Below, one piece after another: positions 36,801-49,500 of a DNA stretch of 64,000 nt (position 1 is the stretch's first letter; each line of letters opens with the position of its first letter). Position numbers and translations under genes: made by a program. The DNA comes from Macrostomum lignano (Eukaryota): the NCBI GenBank assembly GCA_002269645.1, contig NIVC01000420.1, forward strand, positions 372,001-436,000, written 5' to 3'. Below the pieces are notes generated by a model, which did not search any database, was not told where the DNA came from, and saw only the letters and a list, made by a program, of their open reading frames with translations.

Positions 36801-39448
36801 TATATTGTTTTCTGTAATTTATCAATATTGTTTGTCTTTGATTTATGATTTTTTTTTCACTACCAAAATAAATAGTCATAAGTATTAATTAGTACAGCAT
36901 TAAAAATACTTATAAATTTTATACATCAGTGTGAAAAGGTATTTATCTCCAAGAACTGGTTTCCAGTATTTGATTTTGTTCATGATTTTATATTTTAAAA
37001 CCTACCCTTACTCACTGCTTGAACAGAGCTCTACAAAGATGGCAATAACTACTGGGAGGCATACAACTATAAAGCATCACTTGATGTCAGCCACACCTCA
37101 GTGAAAGACAATGTCGAACGAATCGATTCACGAAAAATCTCGTTGGAACAATTTCGAGAACGATTTGAACGACCATATAAGCCTGTGGTTATCACTCACG
37201 ATACAGACAATTGGCAGGTAGGAATTCATATTTATATGGTTTGTGTTATGCTGATGAGTGAGTCATTGCGTGGTCAATGATCAACCAGTGTGACTAGGAA
37301 TAGTATGATCGACTGCAATGACTGGGGGAGGTAATCAATGACCAACAGAAATGACTGAGGGGAATCAATGACCAACAGAAATGACTGAGGGGAATCAATG
37401 ACCAACTACAATGACTGAGGGGAATCAATGACCAACTACAATGACTGAGGGGAATCAATGACCAACTACAATGACAGAGAGGGGAAATCAATGACCAACA
37501 GAAATGACAGAGAGGGGGAATCAATGACAAACTACAATGACAGAGAGGGGGAATCAATGACCAACTACAATGACAGAGAGGGGGAATCAATGACCAACTA
37601 CAATGACAGAGAGGGGGAATCAATGACAAACTAAAATGACAAGGGATAGAGGAATAGCTTATCGTGAGACAAGTTTATATAATTATAAGAGACTAAAAAT
37701 GTAACCCCATCACTGTGTCAGGCCTGCCGCAAGTGGACGGTGCCCAGACTGACCAAAAAGTATCGAAATCAGCGCTTCAAATGCGGCGAAGACGACGACG
37801 GCTATTCGGTGCGCATCAAGATGAAGTATTTCACGCAGTACATGCGCGCGAATAGCGACGACAGTCCGCTGTACATCTTTGACGGAAATTTTGGCGAGCA
37901 TAGGAAGAAGCGCAAGTTGCTGGAGGATTACCGGGTACGCACCTGAGCGTCCTTGAATTGCACCTAAGTTATGCAGCCATCATCAGATAGATAATCACTC
38001 CAATCATCAGATAATCACTCCAATCATCAGATAATCACTCCAATCATCAGATAATCACTCCAATTAGCCAGCATTATCAGAATATCACCCCAATTAGCCA
38101 GAATCATCAGATAATCACTCCAATTAGTCAGCATTATCAGATAATCACCCCAATTAGCCAGAATCATCAGATAATCACTCCAATTAGCCATCATCGGATA
38201 GATAATCACTCCAATTAGCCATCATCAGATTGATAATCACTCCAATTAGCCATCATCAGATTGATAATCAGTCCAGTTAGCCACCATCATCAGATAATCA
38301 CTCTAATTAGCCATCATCATCAGATAGTCACTCCAATTAGCCATCATCATCAGATAATCACTCTAATTAGCCATCATCATCAGATAATCACTCTAATTAG
38401 CCATCATCATGAGATAATCACTCCAGTTAGCCATCATCATCAGATAATCACTCCAATTAGCCATCATCATCAGATAATCACTCTAATTAGCCATCATCAG
38501 ATAGATAATCACTCCAATTAGCCATCATCATATAGATAATCACTCCAGTTAGCCACCATCATCAGATAATCACTCCAATTAGCCACCATCATGAGATAAT
38601 CACTCCAGTTAGCCACCATCATCAGATAATCACCCCAATTAGCCACCATCATCAGATAATCACAGCAATCAGCCATCAGTAGACAATGACCCACCCCAAC
38701 ACCGCCGCAGGTGAGCCACCTGTTCCCCGAGGACCTGTTCAGCCTGGCAGGCGAGCGGCGCCGGCCGCCATACCGCTGGTTCGTGATGGGCCCGGCCCGC
38801 AGCGGCACGGGCATTCACATCGATCCGCTGGGCACGAGTGCGTGGAACGCGCTGGTCCGCGGGCACAAGCGCTGGTGCCTGTTCCCAATTGATGCGCCCA
38901 AGGATTTGGTCAAGCCAGCCGGCATCGAAGCCTCCAAACAGAAGGGCGAAGCAGCCGCTTGGTTCAGCTGCGTCTATCCTCGGACTCAACAGGCCGACTG
39001 GCCCGAGCGTTGGCGCCCACTGGAGATTCTTCAGAGACCCGGGGAGACAGTGTTCGTGCCCGGCGGCTGGTGGCATGTTGTGCTCAACCTTGACGACACG
39101 GTGGCCGTGACTCAGAACTTCTGCTCAAGCGTCAACTTTCCAACCGTCTGGCACAAAACTAAACGTGGCCGGCCTAAAATGGCCAGAAAAATGCTGGCCG
39201 AGTTGAAGCAGACGAGGCCTGACCTGGCCGCTGTCGCTGAGTCTATCGATACGAGTCGGCCTAGCGGATTTCACAGTTCATCCAGCAGCTCGTCTAGCAG
39301 CTCTTCTAGTAGCAGCAGCAGCAGCAGCGGCTCCGGAGACGATTCCGCGAGCTCAGACTCCGAGTCTGGCGATAGCGGAGTTGAGAGGACCAAAAAGCGG
39401 CGGCGTGAGTCTGAGCAGCAGGCATCCGCTACTAATGGAGTTCACTGA
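29816..39448 (+). CDS. JMJD6: JmjC-domain protein JMJD6/PSR, 399 aa; exons 29816-29873, 37027-37217, 37722-37934 and 38711-39448
   Basis: The spliced product matches the JMJD6 signature end to end: [91 protein letters not shown] and a poly-Ser tail. All intron phases are compatible (1, 0, 0). Confidence 0.96.
30557..30618 (+). other. Degenerate 28S rRNA fragment, copy 1 (helix 69-71 / R2 target region); not a functional rRNA gene
   Basis: Ungapped match of 46/62 nt to the conserved eukaryotic 28S sequence GGTAAACGGCGGGAGTAACTATGACTCTCTTAAGGTAGCCAAATGCCTCGTCATCTAATTAG (recalled from memory). Confidence 0.75.
31037..31111 (+). other. Degenerate 28S rRNA fragment, copy 2 (same region); not a functional rRNA gene
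   Basis: Ungapped match of 25/26 nt upstream, 7/18 across the TTAAGGTAGC core and 15/18 downstream. The alignment continues in register to ATGAA at 31107-31111. Confidence 0.8.
31693..35575 (-). CDS. Intact spliced DNA-transposon transposase (hAT-like DDE fold with CxxH), 1171 aa; exons 35575-34358, 34182-33166, 33049-32491 and 32414-31693
   Basis: Three canonical, phase-compatible GT-AG introns and no stops. Motifs are LHDATSKKG (D1), FLMTDRH (D2), FCGMH (CxxH), FRGNR and NVAVERGF (E). There is an N-terminal coiled-coil, an RG/RGG tract and a Tudor-like C-terminus. The superfamily assignment is tentative and the element termini were not resolved. Confidence 0.85.
37270..37635. repeat. 30-33-bp minisatellite (GGGGAATCAATGACCAACTACAATGAC..) in JMJD6 intron 2
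   Basis: Tandem units are visible. Confidence 0.92.
37977..38680. repeat. About 27-30-bp minisatellite (CATCATCAGATAATCACTCCAATTAGC) in JMJD6 intron 3
   Basis: Tandem units are visible. Confidence 0.93.
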
Positions 39449-39598
39449 CTGTTGAGCAGAATGATTGGTTAATGAATGAAAGTAGAAGAGTACAGTGCGT
39501 GATTATTAATATACTCGTATTTTTTCCTCCGTAACAACTGACTCCTGACCTGACGGGACGGGACGGGAGAGGGTTAAGCGCCACCATTAAGTGCCATT

Positions 39599-42500
39599 AA
39601 GAACCATCTCAAATCCGCCCTCTAGAACCATCTCAAATCCGCCCTCTAGAACCATCTCAAATCCGCCCTCTAGAACCATCTCAAATCCGCCCTCTAGAAC
39701 CATCTCAAATCCGCCCTCTAGAACCCTCTCAAATCCGCCCTCTAGAACCCTCTCTAATCCGCCCTCTAGAACCATCTCAAATCCGCCCTCTAGAACCATC
39801 TCAAATCCGCCCTCTAGAACCCTCTCAAATCCGCCCTCTAGAACCCTCTCTAATGCGCCCTCTAGAACCCTCTCAAATCCGCCCGAAAGACCATCTCAAA
39901 TCCGCCCTCTAGAACCATCTCAAATCCGCCCTCTAGAACCATCTCAAATCCGCCCTCTAGAACCATCTCAAATCCGCCCTCTAGAACCATCTCAAATCCG
40001 CCCTCTAGAACCCTCTCTAATGCGCCCTCTAGAACCCTCTCAAATCCGCCCGAAAGACCATCTCAAATCCGCCCTCTAGAACCATCTCAAATCCGCCCTC
40101 TAGAACCATCTCAAATCCGCCCTCTAGAACCCTCTCTAATGCGCCCTCTAGAACCATCTCAAATCCGCCCTCTAGAACCATCTCAAATCCGCCCTCTAGA
40201 ACCATCTCTAATGCGCCCTCTAGAACCATCTCAAATCCGCCCTCTAGAACCATCTCAAATTCGCCCTCTAGAACCATCTCTAATGCGCCCTCTAGAACCA
40301 TCTCAAATCCGCCCTCTAGAACCCTCTCAAATCCGCCTTCTAGAACCATCTCAAATCCGCCCTCTAGAACCATCTCAAATCCGCCCTCTAGAACCCTCTC
40401 AAATCCGCCCTCTAGAACCCTCTTAAATCCGCCCTCTAGAACCATCTCTAATGCGCCCTCTAGAACCCTCTCAAATCCGCCTTCTAGAACCATCTCAAAT
40501 CCGCCCTCTAGAACCATCTCAAATCCGCCTTCTAGAACCATCTCAAATTCGCCCTCTAGAACCCTCTCAAATCCGCCTTCTAGAACCATCTCAAATCCGC
40601 CTTCTAGAACCATCTCAAATCCGCCTTCTAGAACCATCTCAAATCCGCCCTCTAGAACCATCTCAAATCCGCCCTCTAGAACCATCTCAAATCCGCCCTC
40701 TAGAACCCTCTCAAATCCGCCCTCTAGAACCCTCTTAAATCCGCCCTCTAGAACCATCTCTAATGCGCCCTCTAGAACCCTCTCAAATCCGCCTTCTAGA
40801 ACCATCTCAAATCCGCCCTCTAGAACCATCTCAAATCCGCCCTCTAGAACCATCTCAAATTCGCCCTCTAGAACCCTCTCAAATCCGCCTTCTAGAACCA
40901 TCTCAAATCCGCCTTCTAGAACCATCTCAAATCCGCCTTCTAGAACCATCTCAAATCCGCCCTCTAGAACCATCTCAAATCCGCCCTCTAGAACCATCTC
41001 AAATCCGCCCTCTAGAACCCTCTCAAATCCGCCCTCTAGAACCCTCTTAAATCCGCCCTCTAGAACCATCTCTAATGCGCCCTCTAGAACCCTCTCAAAT
41101 CCGCCTTCTAGAACCATCTCAAATCCGCCCTCTAGAACCATCTCAAATCCGCCCTCTAGAACCCTCTCTAATGCGCCCTCTAGAACCCTCTTAAATCCGC
41201 CCTCTAGAACCATCTCTAATGCGCCCTCTAGAACCCTCTCAAATCCGCCTTCTAGAACCATCTCAAATCCGCCCTCTAGAACCATCTCAAATCCGCCCTC
41301 TAGAACCCTCTCTAATGCGCCCTCTAGAACCATCTCAAATTCGCCCTCTAGAACCCTCTCAAATCCGCCTTCTAGAACCATCTCAAATCCGCCTTCTAGA
41401 ACCATCTCAAATCCGCCTTCTAGAACCATCTCAAATCCGCCCTCTAGAACCATCTCAAATCCGCCCTCTAGAACCATCTCAAATCCGCCCTCTAGAACCC
41501 TCTCTAATGCGCCCTCTAGAACCATCTCAAATCCGCCCTCTAGAACCATCTCAAATCCGCCCTCTAGAACCATCTCTAATGCGCCCTCTAGAACCATCTC
41601 AAATCCGCCCTCTAGAACCATCTCAAATTCGCCCTCTAGAACCATCTCTAATGCGCCCTCTAGAACCATCTCAAATCCGCCCTCTAGAACCATCTCAAAT
41701 CCGCCCTCTAGAACCATCTCAAATCCGCCCTCTAGAACCATCTCAAATCCGCCCTCTAGAACCATCTCAAATCCGCCCTCTAGAACCATCTAAAATCCGC
41801 CCTCTAGAACCATCTAAAATCCGCCCTCTAGAACCATCTCAAATCCGCCCTCTAGAACCATCTAAAATCCGCCCTCTAGAACCATCTCAAATCCGCCCTC
41901 TAGAACCATCTAAAATCCGCCCTCTAGAACCATCTCAAATCCGCCCTCTAGAACCATCTCAAATCCGCCCTCTAGAACCATCTAAAATCCGCCCTCTAGA
42001 AGTATCTCAAATCCGCCCTCTAGAACCATCTAAAATCCGCCCTCTAGAACCATCTCAAATCCGCCCTCTAGAACCATCTTAAATCCGTCCTCTAGAACCC
42101 TCTCTAATCCGCCCTCTAGAACCATCTCAAATCCGCCTTTTAGAACCCTCTCTAATTCGCCCCCTAGAACCATCTCAAATCCGCCCTCTAGAACCCTCTC
42201 TAATCCGCCCTCTAGAACCCTCTCTAATCCGCCCTCTAGAACCATCTCAAATCCGCCCTCTAGAACCACCTCAAATCCGCCCTCTAGAACCCTCTCTAAT
42301 CCGCCCTCTAGAACCATCTCAAATCCGCCCTCTAGAACCATCTCAAATCCGCCCTCTAGAACCATCTCCGCCCTCTAGAACCATCTTAAATCCGCCCTCT
42401 AGAACCCTCTCTAATGCGCCCTCTAGAACCATCTCTAATGCGCCCTCTAGAACCATCTCAAATCCGCCCTCTAGAACCATCTCAAATCCGCCCTCTAGAA

Positions 42501-45204
42501 CCATCTCAAATTCGCCCTCTAGAACCCTCTCAAATCCGCCTTCTAGAACCATCTCAAATCCGCCTTCTAGAACCATCTCAAATCCGCCTTCTAGAACCAT
42601 CTCAAATCCGCCCTCTAGAACCATCTCAAATCCGCCCTCTAGAACCATCTCAAATCCGCCCTCTAGAACCCTCTCAAATCCGCCCTCTAGAACCCTCTTA
42701 AATCCGCCCTCTAGAACCATCTCTAATGCGCCCTCTAGAACCCTCTCAAATCCGCCTTCTAGAACCATCTCAAATCCGCCCTCTAGAACCATCTCAAATC
42801 CGCCCTCTAGAACCCTCTCAAATCCGCCCTCTAGAACCCTCTTAAATCCGCCCTCTAGAACCATCTCTAATGCGCCCTCTAGAACCCTCTCAAATCCGCC
42901 TTCTAGAACCATCTCAAATCCGCCCTCTAGAACCATCTCAAATCCGCCCTCTAGAACCCTCTCTAATGCGCCCTCTAGAACCATCTCAAATTCGCCCTCT
43001 AGAACCCTCTCAAATCCGCCTTCTAGAACCATCTCAAATCCGCCTTCTAGAACCATCTCAAATCCGCCTTCTAGAACCATCTCAAATCCGCCCTCTAGAA
43101 CCATCTCAAATCCGCCCTCTAGAACCATCTCAAATCCGCCCTCTAGAACCCTCTCTAATGCGCCCTCTAGAACCATCTCAAATCCGCCCTCTAGAACCAT
43201 CTCAAATCCGCCCTCTAGAACCATCTCTAATGCGCCCTCTAGAACCATCTCAAATCCGCCCTCTAGAACCATCTCAAATTCGCCCTCTAGAACCATCTCT
43301 AATGCGCCCTCTAGAACCATCTCAAATCCGCCCTCTAGAACCATCTCAAATCCGCCCTCTAGAACCATCTCAAATCCGCCCTCTAGAACCATCTCAAATC
43401 CGCCCTCTAGAACCATCTCAAATCCGCCCTCTAGAACCATCTAAAATCCGCCCTCTAGAACCATCTAAAATCCGCCCTCTAGAACCATCTCAAATCCGCC
43501 CTCTAGAACCATCTAAAATCCGCCCTCTAGAACCATCTTAAATCCGCCCTCTAGAACCATCTAAAATCCGCCCTCTAGAACCATCTCAAATCCGCCCTCT
43601 AGAACCATCTCAAATCCGCCCTCTAGAACCATCTAAAATCCGCCCTCTAGAAGTATCTCAAATCCGCCCTCTAGAACCATCTAAAATCCGCCCTCTAGAA
43701 CCATCTCAAATCCGCCCTCTAGAACCATCTTAAATCCGTCCTCTAGAACCCTCTCTAATCCGCCCTCTAGAACCATCTCAAATCCGCCTTTTAGAACCCT
43801 CTCTAATTCGCCCCCTAGAACCATCTCAAATCCGCCCTCTAGAACCCTCTCTAATCCGCCCTCTAGAACCCTCTCTAATCCGCCCTCTAGAACCATCTCA
43901 AATCCGCCCTCTAGAACCACCTCAAATCCGCCCTCTAGAACCCTCTCTAATCCGCCCTCTAGAACCATCTCAAATCCGCCCTCTAGAACCATCTCAAATC
44001 CGCCCTCTAGAACCATCTCCGCCCTCTAGAACCATCTTAAATCCGCCCTCTAGAACCCTCTCTAATGCGCCCTCTAGAACCATCTCTAATGCGCCCTCTA
44101 GAACCATCTCAAATCCGCCCTCTAGAACCATCTCAAATCCGCCCTCTAGAACCATCTCAAATCCGCCCTCTAGAACCATCTCAAATCCGCCCTCTAGAAC
44201 CATCTCAAATCCGCCCTCTAGAACCCTCTCTAATGCGCCCTCTAGAACCCTCTCAAATCCGCCCGAAAGACCATCTCAAATCCGCCCTCTAGAACCATCT
44301 CAAATCCGCCCTCTAGAACCATCTCAAATCCGCCCTCTAGAACCCTCTCTAATGCGCCCTCTAGAACCATCTCAAATCCGCCCTCTAGAACCATCTCAAA
44401 TCCGCCCTCTAGAACCATCTCTAATGCGCCCTCTAGAACCATCTCAAATCCGCCCTCTAGAACCATCTCAAATTCGCCCTCTAGAACCATCTCTAATGCG
44501 CCCTCTAGAACCATCTCAAATCCGCCCTCTAGAACCCTCTCAAATCCGCCTTCTAGAACCATCTCAAATCCGCCCTCTAGAACCATCTCAAATCCGCCCT
44601 CTAGAACCATCTCAAATCCGCCCTCTAGAACCACCTCAAATCCGCCCTCTAGAACCCTCTCTAATCCGCCCTCTAGAACCATCTCAAATCCGCCCTCTAG
44701 AACCATCTCAAATCCGCCCTCTAGAACCATCTCCGCCCTCTAGAACCATCTTAAATCCGCCCTCTAGAACCCTCTCTAATGCGCCCTCTAGAACCATCTC
44801 AAATCCGCCCTCTAGAACCATCTCAAATCCGCCCTCTAGAACCATCTCAAATCCGCCCTCTAGAACCATCTCAAATCCGCCCTCTAGAAGTGTCTCAAAT
44901 CCGCCCTCTGAAACCAATTCAAATCCGCCCTCTAGAACCCTCTCAAATCCGCCCTCTAGAACCATCTCAAATCCGCCCTCTAGAACCATCTCCGCCCTCT
45001 AGAACCATCTCCGCCCTCTAGAACCATCTCAAATCCGCCCTCTAGAACCATCTCAAATCCGCCCTCTAGAACCCTCTCAAATCCGCCTTCTAGAACCATC
45101 TCAAATCCGCCCTCTAGAACCATCTCTAATCCGCCCTCTAGAACCATCTCAAATCCGCCCTCTAGAACCATCTCCGCCCTCTAGAACCATCTCAAATCCG
45201 CCCC
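39599..45204. repeat. 5.6-kb 24-bp satellite array (CGCCCTCTAGAACCATCTCAAATC), about 230 copies, with higher-order repeats
   Basis: Tandem units are visible. The marker variant AGTATCTCAA occurs at 42001 and 43652 (offset 1651 = 68x24+19). Confidence 0.98.
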
Positions 45205-45919
45205 AATAAATTTTGCCATCTGAATGACCAGAAGCGCTTTTATAAATTTCGATCCCTTTTCATTGTAACTAAACTTTTAGTTTGTTATTATTGATCAACA
45301 GTGAATTGTGTTGTGGATGATTGCGGAAAATTACTTCAAAATATTCCTACCTAAATTCACAGCAAGCAACTATTGTGTGTTCGCTAAATTATTTATAATT
45401 AAACTTCTAAGTGTATTACATGCGAAGTTAAAAGTACTTTATTTACTACTGTTTATCCGTTTGCACAAACAAATTCGCACAGCAAATAAAGTTGGAAAAC
45501 AATAAAAATGATATATTTAACCAAATGCCCGATATCTTTCCGTGTCTAAACAGAATTTCCCGAGAAAAAATCGCGTATACTACTAACAATGCTGGTACTC
45601 GCGTATTGCATCAATGGCGGCTGTTGAAGCAGATAGTTAAATTATTATAATTTTGTTTGCTAGATCTACTTCGTACCTGCGACTTAATGTTGTTGCTCTG
45701 ATAAATTTTATCATGTCTTTTTCTAACTGCGCTACTGTTAAAAATATAATTTGTATGGATTTAAATGGTGCGAAAAAGTTTAACAAACTGTTGCGAACTG
45801 TTTTTATGTGTCCAAATATATCTATTTTTATGCTAAAAAATATGACTTGGCTGCTTTTTATTGCGCTTGAGCCGCTGCTCGACCCTCAGTGCTACGCTGA
45901 GCTCTAGAAAGAAGTTCCG

Positions 45920-45997
45920 ATGTCTGTGTCTTAGTGCCTGTCTGCCTGTCTTAGCGTGTCTGTCTGTCTGTCTGTCTTGATGGTCTGTCTGTCTGTG

Positions 45998-46060
<63 letters not shown>

Positions 46061-46430
46061 TTGTCTGTCTGTCTGCCTGTCTGTCTGCCTGCCTGTTTGT
46101 CTGTCTGTCTGTCTTAGTGTCTGTCTGTCTGTCTGTGCGTATGTCTGTCTGTCTGTCTTAATGTCTGTCTGTCTGTCTGTGTGTCTGTCTGTCTGTTTGT
46201 CTTAGTGTCTGTCTATCTCTCTGCCTGTCTGTCTGTCTGTCTGTCTGTCTGTGTCTGTTTGTCTGCCTGTTTGTCTGTCTGTCTGTCTTATTGTCTGTCT
46301 GCCTGTCTTGCGTGTCTGTCTGTCTGTATGTCTGTCTTATTGCCTGTCTGCCTGTCTTAGCGCCTGTCTGCCTGTCTTAGTGTGTCTGTCTGTCGGTATG
46401 TCTGCCTGTTTGTCTGTCTGTCTGTCTGTC

Positions 46431-46481
<51 letters not shown>

Positions 46482-46500
46482 GTCTGTCTGTCTGTCTGTC
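45920..46500. repeat. Degenerate (CTGT)n microsatellite
   Basis: Visible. Confidence 0.95.
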
Positions 46501-46585
46501 TCCTCTCCCATTCGTCTCAGTGGCCAAATGCCAAACTCGTGTACAGAAAAAACTAAAATAGAGCTGCAATCAGTTTGCTTAACAG

Positions 46586-49500
46586 GTTTCCCTTACACAC
46601 ACCGGCTCCCCTCAACCGGTTCCACCTTGCAGAATCCGCTGCCGTCTCAGTCCACTGACCCGGTGGGTCACATCGTGCACTTCGTGACCTCCTGGGAGGC
46701 GGCGAAGATGTGGCCATTCAGCTGCTTCGGCAACCCGCACTGGCCCAGCCTCCCAGAGCTGGCCGACATCAGCCCAGAGGAGCTCCGACTGGACGCTTAT
46801 CAGAGTCGAACCGGCCAAGCTGCGTGGAGCGCCGAGCACCTGGCCAAGATGGCCAGCCTTGCCCAGGAGTACTCGGCTAAACGGCAGGCCATCAAGCAGC
46901 CGAATGCGGCTGTGTTAGAAGCGCTGGTCAGTTTATTTCCCATTGAAATCCGTTTATTGTTGTTAAACGGGGGTGGGAGCAGTTGCTACTAGCGGATCAG
47001 TCTGGGAGGGGCTCTATCGCTGATGGGCACTTCCAGGGGCCTAAGCCCGAGATACCCACTAAACTAGTTGGTTAGACCCTAACGTCTTGGCTAGGGCTGG
47101 GTGTGAACTACTACTAACCCAAGCCTATGGACTAAGGCGCCGCCAACCCAAAAGTGGAATCAGGGACAGTGCTAGGACCGAGTCCACCCAGGCCACCACC
47201 CAGCAGACAAGTCTTTGGGAGTGCGCGCGAAAAAAGAGTTTGAAAAGCTTAGTTAGCTACTTGGAGCGGTCCGAGAGCGGGGAAACCCCAGAAGTCTACG
47301 GAAAAGCAATGGTTAGGAACTTAGGGATTTGGCTGGAAGGCTTGTTTCCAAGGGCGAGTCTCCTATCAAGAGGTAACTTTGCAAACCCTCCCTATTGGGC
47401 TGCAAGCCACAAGGGTGTCACCTATCCAGCTTTACGAGGAGAAGTCAAAAAGTAATGATAATTTTGTTCTCACGAGTGTCAAACTTAAAATTAGAATCTA
47501 CTTTTCTACATAGTCCCCCTCCAGGGTCAGACACTTCTCCATGCGGTGTCGCCATCTCTCCAGGCCGTTCGCGGAGAACTCAGGAGGCTGTGCAGCAAGC
47601 CACTGTACAGTAGCCTTTTTGGCAGCCTCTTGGTCCTCATGTTGGACTCCTTTGATTGCTTCCTTCAGCTTGGGAACCAAAAAAGTCTTAAAGAGCCAAA
47701 TCAGAGCTATATGGAGGATGCTAGAGGATTTCCCAGCGGAAATCTCAAAGGGGTTCACGGCAAAGCCGAGAAGTGTGGGCTGGTGCATTGTGGTGAAAGA
47801 GAATCACACGGTGCAGCTTGCCAGGTCGCTTTTTGGCCAGTTCGGAGTGGAGCTTTTGCAGAAGCGACTCATATTAGGTGGCATTGATGGTCTTCTGGCC
47901 TTCCAAGAAGTCCACCATCACCACTCCCCCAACATCCCAGAAGATGGTCGCCAAGACCTTCGCTGCAGACCCTTCCGCACGGAACTTCTTGGGGCCCGCT
48001 GAACCTCGTGGCAGCCACTCCTTGGATTGGACTTTGGACTCGGGATTATACTGAAATATTCATGTTTCATCCCCAGTCACTAAGCGTTGGTAAAAGTTTT
48101 CTGAATCAGCGTCCAAGCAGTTCAGCAGGTTGATGGCGCACTCAGAGCGCTGAACCCAGTGTTCAGGCCGCAACAGCCGCGGGACCCAGCGGGCACTCAG
48201 CTTGCTCAGATCAAGACAGTCAATCACAATGGAATAAGCACCGCCATGAGAGATGGCCACTTGGTCAGCAATATTGTCTTTGGTCACGCACCGATCCTGC
48301 TTAAGTACCTGCTGCACAACTGCCACATTTTCCTCTGTGCGCAATGTTGTGGGCCTTCCCGACCACTGGGCGTCTTCCATGGACTCTCGGCCTTCCTTAA
48401 AAGCCTAAATCCAGCAGTAAATGGTTGGATCTGGTGGAGCAGTGTCCATATAGGCCTTCTTCAAAGCGTCAATGATTTCGGCTGTCTTCCAACCAAGTTT
48501 TACAAGAAACTTCACCTTAGTGCGAGCTTCGATTTTTGAATTTTCCGTTGCTGAAAGGGTATACTGTGATTAGAGCGTCATCATGCAGAAATCAATCACT
48601 CTAGACGAACCAAAACTCTATCAAATTAAGAACAAAAGATGTTTTTTTCAAACGAAAACAGTTGCATTTCAATACCTATTTTATTTTAAGCGTTACAACA
48701 AAACTATCTTTACTTTTTGACTTCCCCTCGTAGATTGGAGGCCGGGCCAAAGGGGTCGGGAAAGGGGCACAAGGCGCAAGAGGACCCGGACTCAACCGGT
48801 ATCCCCGATTCGGGACGAACTCATTCCCCAGGACTCCAGTCCACTGTCAGGATGAGAGCCAAGACACAAGGGCAGGGAGACAGCCAGAGGAGCCAGCAGA
48901 TGGACCAAGGTCAGAGCAAGATAGACAAGATAAAAATCCGTTTATTACTACATTGATATGAGCGCGTATTATGTTTATATTGTCATAGGACTCACAGATA
49001 CTAGAATATAACTAGATGGGCCACTCAGGCATATATGCTTAGCAAAACAGCTTTCTACTTTCAGTTCAGTAGCAAAAAAGAATATATAAGTTTATAAGAA
49101 AATTTTATAAATGAGCCTTGCCTTTAAAAATACATTAAAATGCCTTAGTTTAACTTACTACTGAACTGAAAGTAGCTTACACGCAAATGTGCTGAGTGGC
49201 CCATCTAGTTATTCTAGTATCTGTGGTAAAGACATGTTGCTTAAAACATATTATAGCATTAAAATTCGCTGCTTACCTACTGAAATCTTCACTGAACAAG
49301 TAGACTATGTAGGACATTATTGAACATTTTGTGGTCATTTTTACAGAATACTTTAAGAGCCTCTGTAATTTTGCAACCTCAAAGATAGTCAGTCTCACAG
49401 CGGGTGTTGCCCAAACCAGCAGAAAATGACACAACAGCAAACCTCCATTTTCTGCTTGCAGAAGCAGTACGTCGCTCAGAATCAGCACCTCCGACCAAGC

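Noticed and set aside
36855-36895. Possible third, inverted 28S-like remnant (reverse complement ...TACTTATGACTATTTATTTTGGTAG) near the other end of the transposase region
   Set aside because: The match is short, gapped and AT-rich, so it cannot be distinguished from chance without statistics.
29874-37026. Search for TIRs/TSD of the hAT-like element
   Set aside because: Only short AT-rich shared words (e.g. AATAATATTGATAG) were found; no convincing terminal inverted pair, so no boundaries are claimed.
45614-45640. ATGGCGGCTGTTGAAGCAGATA as the NUP42 first exon
   Set aside because: The phase would fit, but the donor (A|GTTAAA) is weak and no conserved N-terminal motif is encoded.
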